This document shows, one piece after another, positions 58,438 through 64,000 of a stretch of DNA of 64,000 bases. The stretch is from a virus (Duplodnaviria > Caudoviricetes). The notes beneath the pieces are model-generated. The model did no database searches. It was not told the origin of the DNA and worked only from the letters and a program-made list of their open reading frames with translations. The position numbers and the translations under genes were made by a program. The stretch's first letter is position 1. Each line of letters opens with the position of its first letter. Where the stretch lies: the IMG/VR virus record IMGVR_UViG_3300028048_003124, one strand, 5' to 3'.

Positions 58438-59346
58438 TTGTTTATGTTTGTCACTGATATAAAAGAAGATTACGGTATGTTAGGGTTGCCTGAAAGATTT
58501 GCCGATATACTACCAGAGTTTTGTGATACTTGTGGTGCACCAATGGAGATTAGTGATACGTTGACTGGGTTGCATTGCAGTAATCCAAGATGCAGCAATA
58601 AAATGGTAATGAGGATAAGAACTCTGTGCCAAGACTTAGGTATTCTGCGTTTTGGAGAGAGTACTATAGAGAAGTTCATAGATTATTATGGACCAACAAG
58701 CCCCATGGATATATTTGAACTGGAAGAGGGTATGTGCTTAGCTCCTGATGTATCTCCAAAAATCTCCGCTGATGTCATATCTCAGATTAAGAAAAGCCGT
58801 AAGATGCAGTTATGGGAGTATGTAATGTTCTCTAACATACCTTTCGTAAGGACGTCAGCAATGAAGATCTTCTCAGGGTACAAGACTATTGAAGATGCTT
58901 TTGCAGATATCGAATCAGGGGGTATTGCCTTTATCCAGAAAAAGTTAGACTTATCTGATTTAACGGTATCTGTTCAGGCTATAAAGGTGTACAACAGTCT
59001 TATGGAGTATAAGGATGATCTAATTGCAGGTGTAAAAGACGTAGAGATAATTGATATGTCTGATAAAATTACACTAAAGGTAGTATGCTCTGATCAAGTA
59101 GGTGGTAGGTTTAATAAGAAAGCTGAGTTTTATGCCTATGTAAACAATACTTTTGCAGATAAACTACATTGTGACTTCTTGCCGAGTGTCAATAAAAATA
59201 TTGACTATCTTGTATGGGCAGGGGCTGACGGCTCAGCAGCAAGATATACAAGTAAGGTAAAGAAGGTAGAAGGGTATAACGCAAAAGGTTGTAACATACC
59301 TATTGTAACAGCTGAGCAGTTCATAAAGATTGTTGAAGATCTTTAA
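58438..59346 (+). CDS. NAD-dependent DNA ligase C-terminal module only (Zn finger, HhH, BRCT)
   Basis: PEFCDTCG...LHCSNPRC; GILRFGESTIEK and IPFVRTSA (HhH); SVNKNIDYLV...SKVKK...IPIVTAEQF (BRCT). No KxDG adenylation domain. Confidence 0.75.
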   Translation: MFMFVTDIKEDYGMLGLPERFADILPEFCDTCGAPMEISDTLTGLHCSNPRCSNKMVMRIRTLCQDLGILRFGESTIEKFIDYYGPTSPMDIFELEEGMCLAPDVSPKISADVISQIKKSRKMQLWEYVMFSNIPFVRTSAMKIFSGYKTIEDAFADIESGGIAFIQKKLDLSDLTVSVQAIKVYNSLMEYKDDLIAGVKDVEIIDMSDKITLKVVCSDQVGGRFNKKAEFYAYVNNTFADKLHCDFLPSVNKNIDYLVWAGADGSAARYTSKVKKVEGYNAKGCNIPIVTAEQFIKIVEDL

Positions 59347-59416
59347 GATGTAGTGTCTTATTTACAGTTAACTAGGATAAATGATTTAATAATAGAGAGG
59401 GCGTAAGAGTTTAATT

Positions 59417-60013
59417 ATGGTATCTATAACAAATAAGCGTGATTTTGCATGGTTGCTGTATCTTGTAAACGAGTGTAAGTCCGATGAGATTCTTGCTAAT
59501 GATATGTGGGATATTTTTGAGGGTTTGGTTATGTATGCATCAGACTTTATGGGTGACGCTGTAACTATAAAGAGTTACCAAATAAAAAGAAGAAGGAACA
59601 AGGTGCGTTTGGTAATGAACCCAGGGTATGTAGATATGCTAATATCCTCTATACATGGTGGTAAAGAACTCTGTTATATGAGCATATATCCTAGTAAAAT
59701 AGATATAAAATTTCCAACAGTTACAAATTCTACGCTAACGCCAAAAGCTGATTTAATGTGGCTAATAGATATCTTAGAGGGTATCTATGAGGATGGTGTT
59801 GATTACCTTAAGGCTTTTAAGATTAAAGAGTCGAATTCCAGCTATGGTATCAGTCCTATAGTAAAGGCATCTACTTTGCTAAAGAGAATGATGTTTTCGG
59901 AAGGCAAGACTTTAGGGTTTTCAGTAGAATTTTTACAAAATCAGGGGTTCACCGATAAAGTTATTTACAATGCTATATGCAACGTACTTAAAGAAACAAG
60001 TTATGTAGAATGA
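59417..60013 (+). CDS. Hypothetical protein
   Basis: 198 aa ORF. Confidence 0.6.
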   Translation: MVSITNKRDFAWLLYLVNECKSDEILANDMWDIFEGLVMYASDFMGDAVTIKSYQIKRRRNKVRLVMNPGYVDMLISSIHGGKELCYMSIYPSKIDIKFPTVTNSTLTPKADLMWLIDILEGIYEDGVDYLKAFKIKESNSSYGISPIVKASTLLKRMMFSEGKTLGFSVEFLQNQGFTDKVIYNAICNVLKETSYVE

Positions 60014-60023
60014 GGTGTTTTAA

Positions 60024-60776
60024 TTGGGATTAAACAAAAGTAGTATAAGAAAATATGACTCGATAGTGTATAACCTGAAAAATACTAAAGAGTTATCAGA
60101 GGTTGTTAAAGATAGTATCTTAGAGGTACTTACAAGTATAGTTGACTATTTTGAGCTAAGAGATAGCTTAAAAGATGGTATTTGTATAACGGATATATCT
60201 TTAAGAGATGTTGGTGAGAGCTTCAGACTAAAGGTATGTGGATATGCAGGACCGAGTGTTAATGAAGATGGAACTGGTAATGATTTGGAAGAGTGCAGTG
60301 TAACTGTCTATTTAAAACCAACAGATTTGAGTATTCTGATCGGTGATTTACAGAAAGCAGAGGTAACTGTAAGTGGGGATTTATACCCTTATGATGGTGA
60401 TATAGGTGTAAACCTTGTCCCAGATGCTAGCATAAAAGAGACTCTAGAGTGGTGTATTAATGCTTTGGAGAATTACGGAAAACCAGTAATGGGTATTGAT
60501 TTTCATGTAACGGGTATTAACGAGACTAGTTATTCTGTTGATTATGAGAAGCCTTTTACTGAAACACATACTGAGGTAGATTGGAACAGAGAGGAGCATT
60601 TCGGTGCTTCGGCTGAGGCTTGGATAGATGTTAAGTTGGCATTAAATGATGTAGAAGCGGAAGAGGCTATAAAAAAGGGTGACTTTATCTTTGGCACCCA
60701 TGTAGTTAAAGAAAAAGAAACAGATGATAAAACTGCTGTAGGCGCAGAGTACTTATACATTGAGTTAAACGGGTAA
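60024..60776 (+). CDS. Hypothetical acidic protein
   Basis: 250 aa, RBS GAGGTG. Confidence 0.6.
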   Translation: MGLNKSSIRKYDSIVYNLKNTKELSEVVKDSILEVLTSIVDYFELRDSLKDGICITDISLRDVGESFRLKVCGYAGPSVNEDGTGNDLEECSVTVYLKPTDLSILIGDLQKAEVTVSGDLYPYDGDIGVNLVPDASIKETLEWCINALENYGKPVMGIDFHVTGINETSYSVDYEKPFTETHTEVDWNREEHFGASAEAWIDVKLALNDVEAEEAIKKGDFIFGTHVVKEKETDDKTAVGAEYLYIELNG

Positions 60777-60790
60777 GGGGTGGATTTGGC

Positions 60791-61072
60791 TTGAAACAGT
60801 TTATATTAAGAAAACTTATAAGATGGGACAATGGTCGTATTTATGCAGTAGAGGTGCCTGTTCAGTTTAAGGTTGTTGTTGCACCAAACGCTGTTAAAGC
60901 TTGTAGTATGTTGGTATCAGAGGCAAATAATTTTAAAAGGAAACCAGCAAATAGAAGTATAAACCCAGGAGAAGGTTGTGCAGAGATAGAGAACATTTAC
61001 AATGGTCATAAATCTTATATAATGTTCGATTGTTTAGATTATGAGGAAGTTCGAAGTATATTTTTGAGGTAA
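60791..61072 (+). CDS. Hypothetical protein
   Basis: 93 aa, RBS-like AGGGGTGG. Confidence 0.55.
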   Translation: MKQFILRKLIRWDNGRIYAVEVPVQFKVVVAPNAVKACSMLVSEANNFKRKPANRSINPGEGCAEIENIYNGHKSYIMFDCLDYEEVRSIFLR

Positions 61073-61090
61073 AGAGGTGTGTAGTAGTTA

Positions 61091-61351
61091 ATGGTAGGTG
61101 TTAGAAGAATACAGTGTCTTTCCATGGCTAAAGAGGATGAAAAATGGTATGGCAAGAAGGCTTTGGTAGGCGACACTATAAGGGTATTTACAAAGTTAGG
61201 AGTAGTATCTGGTGTTTTAAAGAAAATAAACAGTGTTAAGGTAGAGGTATTATGTGATAAGGGTAGAGTTGCTTGCTTACCATTATCAGAAATATCCAGT
61301 TTTGAGGTTGTTTACAGAGGGGATAACGCTATAAGATTTTTTAGTAGGTGA
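61091..61351 (+). CDS. Small beta-rich protein, possible Sm/LSm-like fold
   Basis: VGDTIRVFTKLGVVSGVLKKI...LPLSEISSF; paralog of the next gene. Confidence 0.55.
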   Translation: MVGVRRIQCLSMAKEDEKWYGKKALVGDTIRVFTKLGVVSGVLKKINSVKVEVLCDKGRVACLPLSEISSFEVVYRGDNAIRFFSR

Positions 61352-61355
61352 TTTA

Positions 61356-61610
61356 ATGGTCGAAGTAAAGAGGGTATCGTGTATTTCTATTCCTGAAGAG
61401 CCTTTTCCTAGGAATAGAACAGTAAGAACAAAAGCATTTGTAGGAGATACCGTAGATTTGTACACATCAAGCGGTTTTGTCCGTGGAGAGATACGTAGTA
61501 TAGGTTCTAATGTAGAGTTGTATGTACAGGGTTCTATTGTGAGGATTCCGATATCCTCTATAAGGAACTTTGTAATAGCTGGTAGAGGAAAGTTATACAG
61601 TAGTTTCTAA
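61356..61610 (+). CDS. Small beta-rich protein, possible Sm/LSm-like fold
   Basis: VGDTVDLYTSSGFVRGEIRSI...IPISSIRNF. Confidence 0.55.
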   Translation: MVEVKRVSCISIPEEPFPRNRTVRTKAFVGDTVDLYTSSGFVRGEIRSIGSNVELYVQGSIVRIPISSIRNFVIAGRGKLYSSF

Positions 61611-61666
61611 TAGGTACTAAAGTGCAGATAGAAGCTTATTTAATTTATAAAGGTTGGTGCTAAGGT

Positions 61667-62818
61667 ATGGATTTTTTAATAATGAATAAAGACGTCCCTA
61701 TCTTAAGGTTCGGAAGCACTACACAAAAGGGTATCTCAACGGGTATTGTCATAAAAGAGGTTTATAGTAATACTATACCTCTGACCTTCTCAATGGGGCG
61801 AATTATAGATATAAACGAGTGGCTCAAGGGTAGATTAGTCCTAAGCCACAGGAGAGATATACTAAAACAATTAGAGTTTATTGGAATAGTAAAGATATTT
61901 GATATCATATCTGTTACAAATTGTATATCTTTAAACGACACTTACTGGGTAAAACAAGTAGGTAGTAAAATAAATTGGGATAGGGTATCACCTTATAGAA
62001 ATCCATTAAATTCTGCGATAGCTGACTATGCAATAGGGAGCGGAAGGAGTTTTAACGGTAAGAAAATTTCATCATCACCAGATTTTTCTACTGGTGGTAG
62101 TTTTCCAAAATGTTGGAAAAGGGTAAATGGTGTTATATATTTATATAAGACGGGTAGCCCAGGGTTTTCTAATTCTGGGATAGAGCCCTATTCAGAAATC
62201 TATGCATCAAAATTAATGGAAAAATTAGATATACCGCACATTACATACGAGTTAGTCAATTATAAAAATCGTCTTGCGACAAGGTGTCCATGTATGTGTA
62301 GTGAGAAAATTGGTTTATACCAAGTAGGAGATTTAACTGTAATACGAGAAGGGTATGAAGATTTAGTAAAACAGGGTTTTGTAAGTCCAGAATATTTATC
62401 TGAAATGCTTTTGGTAGATTATTTATCACTAAACATAGATAGACATCTAGGAAACATAGGTATATTGGTTGATAACGATAGTCAGGTTTTATTGAAAGGT
62501 TCTCCAATTTATGATAATAACATGTCTTTTGTACCATATTTTGTACCAGACAATTCAAAAAAACTATCTCAAAGTTTAGAGGAGTATATTATAGGTGCAG
62601 ATAGCAATGGTGATATTTTAAGGGCTTCTGACGGTTCTACCTTTGAGGACATTTTTAGGCTCTCCTTAAAATTGGGAGGGAATAAGATAGTGTCAAAGGT
62701 TAAAAATCTAAGGGGTTTTAGGTTTAAAACATCTATGCCACGTGATAGAGTTGCAAATGCTGTGTTAGATAGGCAGTTGACGATAGCAAATAAAATACTC
62801 AATAGTTATAAGAGGTGA
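61667..62818 (+). CDS. Full-length HipA-family kinase
   Basis: GSFPKCW, SEIYAS, DYLSLNIDRHLGNIG, SPIYDNN. Confidence 0.85.
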   Translation: MDFLIMNKDVPILRFGSTTQKGISTGIVIKEVYSNTIPLTFSMGRIIDINEWLKGRLVLSHRRDILKQLEFIGIVKIFDIISVTNCISLNDTYWVKQVGSKINWDRVSPYRNPLNSAIADYAIGSGRSFNGKKISSSPDFSTGGSFPKCWKRVNGVIYLYKTGSPGFSNSGIEPYSEIYASKLMEKLDIPHITYELVNYKNRLATRCPCMCSEKIGLYQVGDLTVIREGYEDLVKQGFVSPEYLSEMLLVDYLSLNIDRHLGNIGILVDNDSQVLLKGSPIYDNNMSFVPYFVPDNSKKLSQSLEEYIIGADSNGDILRASDGSTFEDIFRLSLKLGGNKIVSKVKNLRGFRFKTSMPRDRVANAVLDRQLTIANKILNSYKR

Positions 62819-63204
62819 GTCCGATACAATCATACAGACAAGCGTTCATAAGGGCAAACCCAGGGGTAAGACTACCAGGGTATGCAGGTTATTGGTATCG
62901 GTGTTCAAACTGTGGTAAGTGGTGTGGCAGACCAGGACGAGATAGGATAAAGATACCAGATAGCTGTAAAATGGAAGTAGATCACATAAAACCGTGGAGT
63001 CAAGGTGGTAGTGATGAGGTATGGAATTTACAACCTATGTGTAAACCTTGTAATAGAGCAAAGTCCAATGGAGTAACTATATCAGATAGGGGAAAGATAT
63101 TAAAAAATGATATACTTCACGGAGATATAGTAACTGGGTATTTGAGAAGAAAGTTTAGGCAAAACAAGGTACTTAAGGTACTAGGTATTAATAAAAGGAG
63201 ATAA
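62815..63204 (+). CDS. HNH endonuclease
   Basis: CSNCG...EVDHIKPWSQGGSDEVWNLQPMCKPCNRAK; GTGA overlap with the kinase stop. Confidence 0.88.
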   Translation: MSPIQSYRQAFIRANPGVRLPGYAGYWYRCSNCGKWCGRPGRDRIKIPDSCKMEVDHIKPWSQGGSDEVWNLQPMCKPCNRAKSNGVTISDRGKILKNDILHGDIVTGYLRRKFRQNKVLKVLGINKRR

Positions 63205-63212
63205 GATAGAAT

Positions 63213-63995
63213 ATGAAAAAAGTTGTATTTAATGATGAGTTGTCTTTTTCAACATTTGTTTTGGGATTAGAAAAACTTTATTGGGGTAAGAGTTTCAATT
63301 TTGAAGTTGAGAGTGACAGAGTTATTGATATGTATAATTATTTAACTGATATGACATACCGTTTAGCTTCTTACTCTGGAAGTGAGAAGACTGTAGTTAT
63401 TCTCCCATCATTTGAAACTATTGGTAGTGAAAAAGGCAAGGTCTCATATTACTATAAGGTAACAGTTGAGAGTGGCGGAGCAATTAATATCTATATGTAT
63501 AACGTTGATATGGACTTGTATGCAGTACAAGGGATTGATGATGAAGATACTGTTGCTGAAGCAGAAGAATATGATGATGTTGTATTCTATTCTGTAAGTG
63601 ATATGCTTAATAATATAGAAAAGATACCTGTTTCAGATAAAGATAAGTCATTATGCCTCAGGGTATATGATGGCATAATAGTCTACTCCGATGATGCAGA
63701 AGATATAAGAGATATGTATGAAACTTTTGCAAATTGTGTAGATCATATATTAACAGACGGTTATGATGAGTTTATTGATGAAGATAATTTTCTTAGATTA
63801 AAGGAATCAAAAGGTAATCAGAGAAGACCTTTTAATAAGGTAAGATATATATGTAAAGAGTTTGATAAGCTCTTCAAAAAGGGAAATATCTCTGTAAATG
63901 AGGTAATAGAAGATCTAAAATTTAGAGGCTTTGATGAGGAAGATGTAAATAAGGCTGTTTTGATGTCTATAGGTTCAACAGTATGGAAAGACTAA
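63213..63995 (+). CDS. Hypothetical acidic protein
   Basis: 260 aa ORF. Confidence 0.6.
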   Translation: MKKVVFNDELSFSTFVLGLEKLYWGKSFNFEVESDRVIDMYNYLTDMTYRLASYSGSEKTVVILPSFETIGSEKGKVSYYYKVTVESGGAINIYMYNVDMDLYAVQGIDDEDTVAEAEEYDDVVFYSVSDMLNNIEKIPVSDKDKSLCLRVYDGIIVYSDDAEDIRDMYETFANCVDHILTDGYDEFIDEDNFLRLKESKGNQRRPFNKVRYICKEFDKLFKKGNISVNEVIEDLKFRGFDEEDVNKAVLMSIGSTVWKD

Positions 63996-64000
63996 TCTAG

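Noticed and set aside
1726-62802. All minus-strand ORFs and short nested plus-strand ORFs in the track
   Set aside because: They lie within longer motif-bearing + strand genes and have no recognisable motifs; they are shadow ORFs.

Overview
64 kb of an AT-rich, gene-dense element. Every credible gene is on the + strand. No rRNA, tRNA, CRISPR array, transposase, capsid or terminase is visible. It reads as part of a very large conjugative plasmid or other extrachromosomal element; a low-GC Gram-positive (Clostridia-like) host is inferred from sigmaA-type TG-extended promoters, SpoVG and the Tcp-like transfer genes. Content by region: (1) 1-20 kb, an atypical Gram-positive T4SS/transfer operon: giant multi-TM protein, tandem-SGNH protein, TcpE/PrgI-like, two receiver-like proteins (one with a degenerate MinD/CpaE domain), VirB4 ATPase, VirB8-like, FtsK/TcpA-like coupling ATPase, SpoVG, SNF2 helicase. 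(2) Six exported hydrolases (four C39-like cysteine peptidases at 20-25 kb, two phage-tail-type lysozymes at 44-47 kb); five share one conserved C-terminal EWxLxGMPx[KR]S + two-TM module. (3) Phage-like replication and nucleotide genes: degenerate DnaC-like protein, MetK, 5'-nucleotidase, separated type IIA topoisomerase B and A subunits, DnaB, stand-alone primase Zn finger, RuvC-like, dCMP deaminase, C-terminal half of an NAD-dependent ligase. (4) Three zinc-ribbon/PD-(D/E)XK homing-endonuclease-like genes, one pseudogenised. (5) Four sigma-region-4/RNAP-alphaCTD fusion paralogs between gyrB and gyrA. (6) Toxin/defence-like genes: ParB-HNH, AbiE, split and fused HipA-like kinases, HNH. All family calls come from motifs recognised by eye; no searches were run.
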